Shown here in pieces: positions 49,101-58,403 of a stretch of DNA of 64,000 bases. This DNA is from Flectonema sp. DT1601. Taxonomy: Eukaryota. Location of the stretch: positions 1,240,001 to 1,304,000 of the forward strand of contig OZ025796.1 in NCBI GenBank assembly GCA_964019425.1, read 5' to 3'. The notes beneath the pieces were generated by a model. The model saw nothing but the letters and a program-made list of their open reading frames with translations, made no database searches and had not been told where the DNA came from. Numbering within the stretch: position 1 is the stretch's first letter; each line of letters starts with the position of its first letter. Made by a program: the position numbers and the translations under genes.

Positions 49101-52100
49101 TCTCAGTGGTGATAAACTACGAGGACTGCCACTACATTATAATGAAGATGAGCCTTCTATTAATGTTACGGGAGTGAGTATATCAATCCAAACAGATGTC
49201 GATTCAGAAATAATTGAATTCAATAAAATTAAAGAACAACGTCCCTTTGAGAACAATAATTCTTTTATTGAACTAAAGGAGAGTACTTCCTGTATTAATA
49301 ACCCTCTTCAACACACGTTGTCTGAGAACAAGTCGTCAGTCAGTATTTCAGTTCAGACGGATGTCACACTTCGCAGTGAAGTCATCGACAACAACAACAC
49401 AACCGTCAGTACCTCAATTCAGACCGACACCAGTTCAGAAATAATTGAATTCAGTAGAATTATGGGAACACTCGATGGTACTAAAGAACAACGTCCCCTT
49501 GAGAACAATAATTCTTTTATTGAACTAAAGGAGAGTACTTCCTGTATTAATAACCCTCTTCAACACACGTTGTCTGAGAACAAGTCGTCAGTCTGTATTT
49601 CAGTTCAGACGGATGTCACACTTCGCAGTGAAGTCATCGACAACAACAACACAACCGTCAGTACCTCAATTCAGACCGACACCAGTTCAGAAATAATTGA
49701 ATTCAGTAGAATTATGGGAACACTCGATGGTACTAAAGAACAACGTCCCCTTGAGAACAATAATTCTTTTATTGAACTGAAGGAGAGTACTTCCTGTATT
49801 AGTAACCCTCTTCAACACATGTTGTCTGAGAACAAGTCGCCAGTCAGTATTTCAGTACAGACAGACCAACACGACTCAGCATTACAAACAGACTCAGAAG
49901 GAGGTATTAGAGAATTGTTTAACTCAGTCTGGACAGATGGGAGTCAAATTCTAATTAGCGATTCCAATGAAATGATTACCAGCAGTGGTATGAAGTTTTG
50001 TATAAAAGATGGGATCCTGATGCCCGTCAGTCACACTGTTGACACTCTGATACATGAGGATAGTCTTCATAAACAAAATGATGATCATATTATTAACAAC
50101 CCTAACAGCTTATCAACCACCAGTAATCATGTAATCCTTACTCATGATGGGAAGCTGTCAAACTTAAATGAGAACTTTAATATCAGAGACAGGTCATCTA
50201 ACGGCAGCTCTATTCGAATGGAGAGGAGCGTTTCTGTGAAGTCATCGACCTCCTCATCACAAGTCTCTTCCAACAGCGGTGAAGTCGTCATGGGCGGTGA
50301 CGTGAAGGCCAACTCGGAACTGTCTGCTGAAGAGAGAAGACCAACAAACTCGACCTCCACTTCGAACGATACCAACCTCAATATCGAGAAGAGTATTTCA
50401 GAGAACTCTCCCTCAACACATTCCAATAACAGAGATCTTCCATCGATTAGAGTGAGACGTCTTTCATTGAGTGATGAGAACTTTAATATCAGAAAGGGGT
50501 CCGTAAGATCTGCGGCAACAACTTCATCGAAACGAAGCAGCGCTGTCAAAGTATCTGAAAACAGGAAGGATGTCAAAATCAGGGGGAGAGACGTTTCTGT
50601 GAAGTCAGCAACCTCCTCATCACAAGTCTGTTCCAACAGCGATGAAGTCGTCGTAGGCAGTGACGTGAAAGCTGACTGTACAGTAAGTAAACAAAACACT
50701 TCAGAGAGTATGACAACAGGTAGGAAGCTTGTTAACCATCAGAGTGATGTTATTAATAACTCAACAGATGAATTAATTAATAAGATTCCAATCACTTCTT
50801 TAGAATGTATCGAAGTCTCGAGTACTTCTGTTTATGAACATCACACAAAGACGTTAGTTGACGGAGAGTGGAATGATATGAGCAACTTCAATAATATCGA
50901 GAAGAGTATTTCAGGGAACTCGACTTCAACACTAATCAGTACTGTACAAGTTACTGATGAGAAAGAGAAGATGACCTCCACTTCGAATGATACCAACCTC
51001 AATATCGAGAAGAGTATTTCAGAGAACTCTCCCTCAACACATTCCAATAACAGAGATCTTCCATCGATTAGAGTGAGACGTCTTTCATTGAGTGATGAGA
51101 ACTTTAATATCAGAAAGGGGTCCGTAAGATCTGCGGCAACAACATCATCGAAACGAAGCAGCGCTGTCAAAGTATCTGAAAACAGGAAAGATGTCAAAAT
51201 CGGGGTCTCATCACAAGTCTGTTCCAACAGCGATGAAGTCGTTGTAGGCAGTGACGTGAAAGCTGACTCTACAGTAAGTAAACAAAACACTTCAGAGAGT
51301 AATGTATTGATTCCAACTAAACCAACTACAGCACAGATGACTAATACTTTGAAACTAACTGATAACAGTGAGCCAACTGATAACACGACATTTAGTAGAG
51401 AACAACTTCTGTGGTCAAAGAAGTCACATGTAGAAGACAATAATCAACCAACTGGTAGTAACAGTGGTGTTCTTGAACCTTGTGGTGCCTCACTTGACTC
51501 ATTAAACATGACAGCAGGTAAGAAGCTTGTTAACCATCAGAGTGATGTTATTAATAACTCAACAGATGAATTAATTAATAAGATTCCAATCACTTCTTTA
51601 GAATGTATCGAAGTCTCGAGTACTTCTGTTTATGAACATCACACAAAGACGTTAGTTGACGGAGAGTGGAATGTCAGTTTAGAAAACCAACTTCCTGCCA
51701 CACCTTTCAGGAGCAGGCAAAATGTCTCAAATGAAAATTTGAAAACACCCGTCACATCAATCAGTACAACAGCATTAAGTGAAGAACATATCCAGAAGTG
51801 GGACATCACACCTTATAAGAGTAGAGAGAGTACTGAACCATCTCTTGTTCAAAGTAGTTGTTCAGTTCCATCTGAGTCAGTTGATGAACATTATGAAGAT
51901 AGGAATGTTTCAGACGATCAACTTCGTATCAGAAATATAGATAAGAAGAGTAATGTATCAGTAATTGAAGACTTAGTCAGATTAACACCAACAACTGACT
52001 TTAATTCATCAGTAGCCTCAACCAAATCAATTCAACTCACGGGATGGAACTTCGGAGGGTATTCTGGAAAAGTATTCTCAAATGATGCGAACTTTACATC

Positions 52101-52551
52101 AAATGACAACACTCAACAATCACCAACTGTATCGAGGTATAGAGACTCACCTGCAACTGTTATGTATAAACAAGTGTACTCTCATAGAAATGGTTCTTAT
52201 GATCTGAATGTGAGTAATGATATGATCAATCATTTGCATACTGCGAGAGTTGAAAATTTAGAAAAAGATTTGCAACTGCGAACATTACAGATTCGTTCTG
52301 ATGAGCAGGCAGATCAAATTAGTCATCTTCGTGAGGAGATTCAATTGTCGAGACAATCAACAGTTTTAAAAACAAACCAACCCATCAGTGAAATAAGCGA
52401 AGAAGAGAGTCTTGCGTATTCTACAATACCGCCATTCGAAGTAGAGGTACAATTTTCCAGTGGAATCTCGACTGATACTAACGGTGTAGACAACTTCAAT
52501 AATGACCTCATCGTCGTCGCCCCTTGTGCTGGTCTTCGTGAATTGCAGTAA
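43159..52551 (+). CDS. Giant (3130 aa) Ser-rich, probably disordered repeat protein with N- and C-terminal coiled coils
   Basis: 9.4-kb ORF; several internal repeat families all preserve frame; no recognised enzyme domain. Confidence 0.85.
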   Translation: MSSLRRELSNFRIAEPEASNTILEAEVESLEAEIQRLNEIIKKDRQKFKETITQNDIEHEEMTQQLLQVIEERAEAMAVIANAKETGRKEAEIVYSSELDGIRERKRINDVLLVKIKKYHREALKTSYVYKCWQPNYFLMCLYFYKLRAAVCRSEIAKQITKSETLYDEVATLRFKLASQQLPSSTYHHSARSLVTLIRDSPGTAEELIKNNVNSSTQWAECEQVHRDDYGTELEHFLLSEDVNTSPIQRTLQDRYIYWKGHKKQKSASSNNRIIKGIPCEQSIGRTSTSDSSSSDSDINELPNSSGPQGKPVYVYRDSDLVTSDGKKILLKNGIALYETSDPTLLEDQTGRKYTTEGLPHRADDSSDSSTSDVRELPKSSGPQGKSVYMNQDSDLITSDGRKILLKNGIALYETSDPTLLEDQTGRKYTIDGLPRETDDSSEGNDVRELPKSSGPQGKPVYVYRDSDLVTSDGRKILLKNGIALYETNDPTLLEDQTRRKYTTEGLPHRADDSSDSSTSDVRELPKSSGPQGKSVYMNQDSDLITSDGRKILLKNGIALYETSDPTLLEDQTGRKYTIDGLLCDEQVDSRNGEFTFSRVGGQFSQRAKNSSSADVQVKVTDAGVQTDDLIQTSFSRQLDSNSKQVSQHIQTEETDVQLKPEVVIERVQTKEYIQSELSSISSSSDSSTHECEECKKRMTSAAVDSDQLNENTVGTDDVFEDFTFSRIGTHHRMQSEEQNGVMRTPRRVSAVTASPLQSPEYDISQPDLVNITTSNNHLYDGIRNSSEVKTKPISLRESRESSFIPIPRVVLRESRESSSSIALIHKRRGSESSSSSSSESRDGEAVDRKVALRESRESSFIPVPRVVLRESRESSSSIALIHKRRGSESSSSSSSDVKENVVLFESRESINIPMRTSPANIVKESIPLCESRESNFVPVSHVALRESRECIIILPRRRDSTSSSSSSESGVAEKSITVEEKTFLRESRESFFIPVPRVVLRESRESCSSIALIHKRRGSESSSSSSSDVKENVVLFESRESINIPMRTSPANIVKESIPLRESRESNFVPVSHVALRESRECIIISQRRRDSTSSSSSSESGVAEKSIAVEEKTFLRESRESFFIPVPRVVLRESRESSSSIALIHKRRGSESSSSSSSESRDGEAVDRKVALRESRESSFIPVPRVVLRESRESSSSIALIHKRRGSESSSSSSSESRDGEAVDRKVALRESRESSFIPVPRVVLRESRESSSSIALIHKRRGSESSSSSSSESGDGEAVDRKVALRESRESSFIPVPRVVLRESRESSSSIALIHKRRGSESSSSSSSESRDGEAVDRKVALRESRESSFIPVPRVVLRESRESSSSIALIHKRRGSESSSSSSSESRDGEAVDRKVALRESRESSFIPVPRVVLRESRESSSSIALIHKRRGSESSSSSSSESRDGEAVDRKVALRELRESSFIPVPRVVLRESRESSSSIALIHKRRGSESSSSSSSDVKENVVLFESRESINIPMRTSPANIVKESIPLRESRESNFVPVSHVALRESRECIIISPRRRDSTSSSSSSESGVCKKAKKEPTSTTTNSKKEFSSTQLPNITGVDGEVLLVKNGILIYEDQSNSDTFCDANGRKYNREGNPLLSNTNTSTTGVQTDIFIGEFVTGDDVFFKGSGGHTSSLFDGCGIRKQSSSSSPNSFTSKSNSTKSDVGIVISKSSSDSHKNLLDDYLKQVDSFSQTKAVEVIQTDLPSEDTITPSGDVVVKDYSPILSDATVSVATGVQTDIFTGEFVTGDDVFFKGSGGHTSSLFDGCGIRKQSSSSSPNSFTSKSNSNNNIINVKSSSPLVDNEGHEHLDPIKLPATGRNKQPLYLNKDTITTSDGDLIYIRNGIFLRQTGDPNQLKDHMGWKYTQNGISIKCSKELPDLTGIDDEPICLTESGGLMCNGEELHIKNGTVLYNTNDDSILRDNNGNEYNTDGVLSGDKLRGLPLHYNEDEPSINVTGVSISIQTDVDSEIIEFNKIKEQRPFENNNSFIELKESTSCINNPLQHTLSENKSSVSISVQTDVTLRSEVIDNNNTTVSTSIQTDTSSEIIEFSRIMGTLDGTKEQRPLENNNSFIELKESTSCINNPLQHTLSENKSSVCISVQTDVTLRSEVIDNNNTTVSTSIQTDTSSEIIEFSRIMGTLDGTKEQRPLENNNSFIELKESTSCISNPLQHMLSENKSPVSISVQTDQHDSALQTDSEGGIRELFNSVWTDGSQILISDSNEMITSSGMKFCIKDGILMPVSHTVDTLIHEDSLHKQNDDHIINNPNSLSTTSNHVILTHDGKLSNLNENFNIRDRSSNGSSIRMERSVSVKSSTSSSQVSSNSGEVVMGGDVKANSELSAEERRPTNSTSTSNDTNLNIEKSISENSPSTHSNNRDLPSIRVRRLSLSDENFNIRKGSVRSAATTSSKRSSAVKVSENRKDVKIRGRDVSVKSATSSSQVCSNSDEVVVGSDVKADCTVSKQNTSESMTTGRKLVNHQSDVINNSTDELINKIPITSLECIEVSSTSVYEHHTKTLVDGEWNDMSNFNNIEKSISGNSTSTLISTVQVTDEKEKMTSTSNDTNLNIEKSISENSPSTHSNNRDLPSIRVRRLSLSDENFNIRKGSVRSAATTSSKRSSAVKVSENRKDVKIGVSSQVCSNSDEVVVGSDVKADSTVSKQNTSESNVLIPTKPTTAQMTNTLKLTDNSEPTDNTTFSREQLLWSKKSHVEDNNQPTGSNSGVLEPCGASLDSLNMTAGKKLVNHQSDVINNSTDELINKIPITSLECIEVSSTSVYEHHTKTLVDGEWNVSLENQLPATPFRSRQNVSNENLKTPVTSISTTALSEEHIQKWDITPYKSRESTEPSLVQSSCSVPSESVDEHYEDRNVSDDQLRIRNIDKKSNVSVIEDLVRLTPTTDFNSSVASTKSIQLTGWNFGGYSGKVFSNDANFTSNDNTQQSPTVSRYRDSPATVMYKQVYSHRNGSYDLNVSNDMINHLHTARVENLEKDLQLRTLQIRSDEQADQISHLREEIQLSRQSTVLKTNQPISEISEEESLAYSTIPPFEVEVQFSSGISTDTNGVDNFNNDLIVVAPCAGLRELQ
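44060..44905 (+). repeat. Four ~74-aa modules arranged AB-AB (444-bp period)
   Basis: SSGPQGK.VY...SDL.TSDG.KILLKNGIALYET.DPTLLEDQT.RKYT..G four times; tcaggtccgcaagg at 44074 and 44518. Confidence 0.9.
45540..47892 (+). repeat. Nested coding repeats (171-bp and 396-bp periods) rich in LRESRES and KRRGSESSSS
   Basis: cacaaacgtcggggtagc occurs 10 times; spacing 171 bp (46597 to 46768) or 396 bp (45805, 46201, 46597). Confidence 0.92.
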
Positions 52552-53196
52552 TTTTTTTTTTTTTTTTTTTTTTTTAATTATCATCCTTTCTGGTTTGTAT
52601 TTCATTGTTTTGCAATAAAAAAATGTATGGATTTTCTTTGTTTTTTTTTTACATACTTAATTTCTGTTTTTTGTTGTGTTGCGTGAAGGCTGAAGAATCC
52701 TTAATTTCCATTTCAGCCTTTTTTTTTTTTTTTTTTATTTCTCTCCTTTTGTTGATCTGGAGGTTGATTCAACTGGATTATTTGCTCTTACGAAAACTTA
52801 GATTTTTTATTTATTTATTTCTTTACCGCCCCATCGGATGTACCAAATCAGGAAACCCCCTTTCCTGATGTTGCTGACTTTCAATGTGTGTGTTGTTTTC
52901 AACGATGGATTATCGATAGCCACATCACCTATTGTGATTGTGAAATCTTTTTATTCAGTTCTTTACTCATTGTTATTTATTTTGTGAACCGAAACAGCTT
53001 TAAAAGGTTCTCGTTTTATACTTTTTTTTTCTGTTTATTTATTTAAACAAAAAAAACAACAAAAAAAAAAAAAATAGAAATTATTATTATATTACATGGT
53101 CACCAAAAAAACCATTTTGGTTAGTTTTTTTTTTTTTTTTTTTTTTTCCATATTAAAAGTTACTTATTATTTTTTTTATATCAGTATTGTATTCAC

Positions 53197-55345
53197 ATGG
53201 GAAAGGGTCAGGTCCAGAATGACGGATCTGGTGCTTCCGTCAAAGACCCCATGACTGGTCTTGAAATTCTCTCGAAACCTCCAAAATATGACAGCATCGG
53301 AAGGTCAACTGAGAACGCATTCGGTAAAAGGTTCTTCACAAATAGAAACCAGCTGAGTATTAATGTAATTTTATACTATGGATTGATGAACAGAATAAAC
53401 CACAAAGGTAAGAAATATCGAAGGATGCTCATGATTACACGAAACCATGTATTAGTAGCATACGCTGGTGGAAGAGTCGCAAACATCAGACATGGCGATG
53501 CCATCCTATGCCGATGCATACCCATCACTTCCATCGATGAAGCCATTGTAGTATCCAACGATAAGAAGAGGAAAAAGGATGAATCAAGAATAGTAGCTTT
53601 GAGAGTAAATTGTAAAACTTCCATTCAATTCGATCTTTTGTTTACCTTAGAGAGAGTATCAGATGTAGACACTGTGTTGAATATTCTACAAAAATGCTAC
53701 TCAACATTAGTTCCAACAAAGAAATTGAAATGCGTCGCAGAACGGGATCGAACTTGGGACGAACTTCAGTTGGATTTGAAAAAACCGAATAACTGGAAGC
53801 TTGTCACTGATCCGGATGCGTTGCCAGTTATATCCGCTATGGATTTAATTAAGGCCCAGAATCAACAAAAACAACGAGAAGTTAAAATTGTTACGTTGAA
53901 GGAATCGACATCAGGAACGGTAATGAGAAAAACACCAGAAATAAAACCCGTTCCTAGTCACGCACTACCACCCGTACCGAAACTTGCAAGCATACGAGAT
54001 GCTGAGATTCCTGCTACGGCAATGCAGACGTTGACTCAATCAGAGGTAGAGACTGCATACTTTTTAAAGAAACAACTTGAAGAGCTTCATCACCAATCAG
54101 AATTACTTAGTCATCAACAAGAGATGCAATTAGCATCATTAAATGCGAGTCAACAGATCGTGTCGTTAGTTGTAAATGATAAAAACAGAAAGATGAGATC
54201 ACCTTCACCCGAATACGAACATCACATCCATATGGACATCGCCTCTGATGACGACTCCGATGGCAGTTATAGCGATATGGATAATGAGGATATAGGTCAT
54301 GATATTCTTAAAAAAAATAAAATACCATCACCAAGACCTCCTCCAAGAAAACCTCGTTCACCATCACCTGTTGCAGTGACTCACTTAGAGAGAGAACTTC
54401 AGAATATAAGAAAAGATCTCAGTGATGAACTCGGCAGTAAGGATAATCAAATAGAAGCTTTACGACTTGCTCTGGTTGGTATGATGAATGAAGGGAATAA
54501 AACAAGTAAAGAAACAGACAATGAATCATTATCTCAAGACTCTGATGGAAGTGAGTTAACCCAACTTGAGATAGACGCTCTTGTAAGTGAAGCTCAGATT
54601 GATTATGATGAAGAACTGTCGTCAAGCCACGACTACAGACATGGTACCATCCCACAGGTATCAGAACCAGACAGTGACACAGAAAGACTAGCTGAAACTC
54701 ATGCTAAAAGTATTCAAACTCGCAGAAGAGAAGTAGAAGAACTACTAAAACATGTTTCTCATTTGGAACAGTCACAGTCACAGAGTCCTGATGACATCCA
54801 AGCATTAAGAATGCAACTTAAATCAGTACTTCATGACTTAGAGATTGAAGCTTTATCATATCAAGATGGTTTTATAACAGGTCTTCCTGTCACACAACAG
54901 ATTGAATCTCTTCCACCTCCTACTGTTCATCAACTTCCTAGTAGACCCGATTACTCGTTATCTGGTGGTCTTTATGAACCTCAATCACATAATATTTATC
55001 AATCTCAGCAACAACAGCAACAGCAACAGGATGCTTATTGGCAGTGGGTATGTCTTGTTTTTTATTTTATTTTGGTAGTTGGGATCACCGGGTAGTAGTA
55101 GTTGAGTTATATAAAATATTTCAACACAGGCAAACTACTACAACTATCTATCTACTTCTGGTTATGGTAACGCATATCCACAATACGGTCAACAACAACA
55201 ACAACAACACCCTCCAAGTTTTGGAGAAAACCATCGAAGCGGACCACATCATGAAAGAGGTATCCGTGGAGGGTCTGATGACGCAGCTGCTTCTGAAGAC
55301 TCTGAGTCTCATCAAATGTGGAGGAAGTGGAAGCAAGGACGGTGA
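53197..55345 (+). CDS. Uncharacterised protein with N-terminal PH-like (myosin TH1-like) domain, coiled coils and Q/Y-rich tail; exons 53197-55047, 55130-55345
   Basis: RINHKGKKYRRMLMITRNHVLV resembles the TH1/PH 'K.NR.GK...R.L..T' pattern; intron 55048-55129 (GTATGT..ACAG) gives WQW|ANYYNYL..QQQQQQHPP..WKQGR*. Confidence 0.75.
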
Positions 55346-55477
55346 TTGTTTTGTGTTGTTCGACGATGCGATTTTTTTTTGTTTATTGTTTTTGTGTCTC
55401 TACTCTAGCCATTTTTAAGTCAACCTACTCAGGTTGTTATATTTGTTCAAAAAAGGACTGCAAGAAAATAAAACTAA

Positions 55478-55736
55478 GGGCAAAGGGGTATTTCCTACAC
55501 AAATAGTTTCAGAATCCAAAATTACTATAAACCGTCCAGTTCGAACCTGGATGGGGTCTTTTTTTTTTTTGCTTGGGGTTGCCGATCTGATGTGAGCACG
55601 GTACCATTCAGCCTCTGAAAGACAACATGGGCATCTCGATGAGTCCCGTGTATAGTCGGGGAGCACCCCGGCCATTTTTGATTTCGTAATAAACGCTCGT
55701 TCTGAAACTATTTGTGTAGAAAACGCTGGTTTGCCC
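55478..55736. mobile_element. 259-bp MITE, PIF/Harbinger (Tourist)-like
   Basis: Ends GGGCAAA / TTTGCCC, TAA on both flanks (55475-55477, 55737-55739), in-register perfect 20-bp inverted repeat ctacacaaatagtttcagaa (55495-55514) / ttctgaaactatttgtgtag (55700-55719). Confidence 0.8.
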
Positions 55737-55821
55737 TAATAATGAAATTAAGTCCGCTATTCTCTGTGTATTAATTTTTTCTTACTGCAAACAACAACAA
55801 CAACTACAGTTAGTTATAAAT

Positions 55822-55852
<31 letters not shown>

Positions 55853-55962
55853 AACACGTTTTTTTTATTAGTTATGTTTGGTTTGGTTTGTTTTTTATTT
55901 TTTCTAAAAATATGATCCTATATCCTATAGAGGATTAAGTTTATTTTTCTTGTATCTTTCAG

Positions 55963-55993
<31 letters not shown>

Positions 55994-56269
55994 AAAAATT
56001 CCTTTCCCCAACTGTGATGTGTAAACATCTGAAGGCCTTCACTCTTCTAGAACAGATTGACAACAAGCCTCTAATAGTTCGTCACAAAAGATTTTGTAAA
56101 ATGCCACCTTAACACTTGATTGTGATTGTTGGGTGTGATGTAATGTTTATTTGCTTTTTTTTTTTTTTTTTTTTTTTGATTTGAAAAAATAACATTAAAA
56201 AAAATACCACAATTTCGTTTTACTACAGGACATCCAATTATGAACACTTCGTTATGTCGCTGGACTCAC

Positions 56270-56555
56270 CGATCTCGTGCCACAAGCTGTCGCTCTCCTG
56301 CAACACGTGAGTTGGAGTCAATGACAAGTTACGTAGTCCACTTTCGTATGCCTGTTTAAAAAAAGGAACCAAGTTCTTTCCCAACAAAAATGTATCAGCA
56401 GTTGGCGGGATCAACTCAGCACCAGGATTGTAGATACTCTGCACCCCGGTAAAGTTTTGAGAGTTGTACAGCTCTGCGAACCTCTTATCAGATTCAACCA
56501 TCCACTGAGGTGGTGCAACAGCAACGGCAGCGGCAAGAAGAACTGTCTGCATCAT
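56270..56555 (-). pseudogene. Orphan first exon of a secreted SnoaL/NTF2-like (DUF4440/YybH-like) protein
   Basis: MMQTVLLAAAVAVA signal, F...YN......IY..GAELIPP, WHEIG; ends at a G|GTGAGT donor; no matching second exon found, and read-through stops at 56238, short of the final strands. Confidence 0.55.
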
Positions 56556-58403
56556 ATTACTTTTAAAAAGGGTTTTAAGACCTGTTTTTTTGTTACAATA
56601 GATATAATCACACCAAAACACAGAAAACCCAACATTGTAATAAAATAGTTTAAATAATATGAATCTTATTCATTCATTATAATTAATATCAACAAGAACA
56701 AGGGTTTTGTTGGCTTATCGAGGTCCACTACATATCACAGTATAAAGGAAAAGAAAGAAGAAAAAAACGAAGTTCATTTCAGCGGAAATAAAGCTTATCC
56801 TTCTACGATGGTTTTTATTTATTTATTCTATTTGCTGAGTCCAGGAGCCAAAAAAAATCAGAAAGAGCTCAACAGGGGTAACAGTTATATCGCTACCAGC
56901 ATAACCGTGAGACTCTCACAGACGATAAGAGACATAGAAGACCATGCAGAAAATAAAATTATATCTAAACCCTACTTGGATTAAAAAAGCTTTCGCCTAT
57001 AAATGGCTGGTTGAAAAAGAAATATATGGGTAGGTAGGATTTATCATGCTCCTTTAGACTTAACAACGAGGTTTTGGGATCAAAGAGTAGTATGTTTCAT
57101 GTCCACTCCACATTGAGTATTTTTTTACGCTGCAACCACGTTCAAAGGAATCGTTAATAAAACAAACTAACAAAACAAACAAACACAGTTGGTTTCAGCC
57201 TGTTTACCTTACTATCCCATTTCAGCGAAGAAAGAAGGGACAATGCGATGTCAAGTAACAGTCACAATATATTGTTTGTTGTAAAATAGTTTAGTTTAGT
57301 TAGCAAAATACAAACTGATGACTACGAGGGGTCCGGGTAGCCTGCATCAGTAAGGACCCAATCGCGAAGATTGTAGTTTCATAGTATTGGCTGGAAGTGA
57401 TCGACTTCCAGCCTCCACCTTGCCCAGAGGCTAACAGGTTGTAAACAACTAAAGAAAATAAAAGAGAAATGATCTGGGAGTGGAGGGGGGAAGGTAAAAA
57501 AAAATAAAAAAATCTTCCTTCTTTCATATACATCTTTCTTTATAATACGACCACATGTGCCATATGCCCACACTCCACGAAAGAAAATAGAAAACCCCGG
57601 AACAGTACCGAGGAACGTTCACCCCCCAGTTGTCCAAAGCATTATAATTGTACTGTGGGATTACCGAAAAGCTTTAGAAATGTACCACAAAAGATTTGGG
57701 CAGCACATAGCCATATCACTCAGCAAGAAATGAAAACCAAAAGGATCAGGTAAGATGACAGTCAGTTTAAGGTCATAACTGCGCCGGACCTATATATGGA
57801 TGATGAAGATCACAAGTGGTTCGCTTTGACAGCACAGTTATGATCCTGTCGACTACAGGGACAATTACCCTGAAAAGCTGCTCTCTTTTTGTGTCTCTTT
57901 TTTTTTGAAAGAATGATTACATTCACTTTAACAAGTGTTCATAGTTTAGTCTTTCATCATCATCATCATCATCCAGATTTACACGGAAATGCCGACTCAA
58001 TTAGTTCTATCCGGAGCCAAGCAATGTGTCAGTAGAGATAACGGTGAAAAGTGTTGTGATATCAACAGAGCAACCATACCAGCAAGAATAAGAGTTCCAA
58101 AACGAGCAGAGGGAGGACCCTGGATGTGGATTGGTCCGAAAAAGGAACAACTGGGATACGTAACATGCCGATAGAGATCTATGATATGTGTGATTCTGAT
58201 GAACTGGATTTATTAACAAGATTGATGATCTCTGTTTTTTTAAAAAAAAAAAGTGAGAAACTCTTCAAAGCTACTCATACATATAGATTAATAACCGACA
58301 CTTTAAAAAAACGAGACCGACATGTTTATGTTATGTTTTTGATAAAAAATATTAAAAAAAAAAAAAAAATGATTTCCTTATTCGTCAGTTATATTTCAAT
58401 AAA

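Noticed and set aside
55415..55675. 86-aa minus-strand ORF
   Set aside because: Lies largely within the MITE; no transposase or other motifs.
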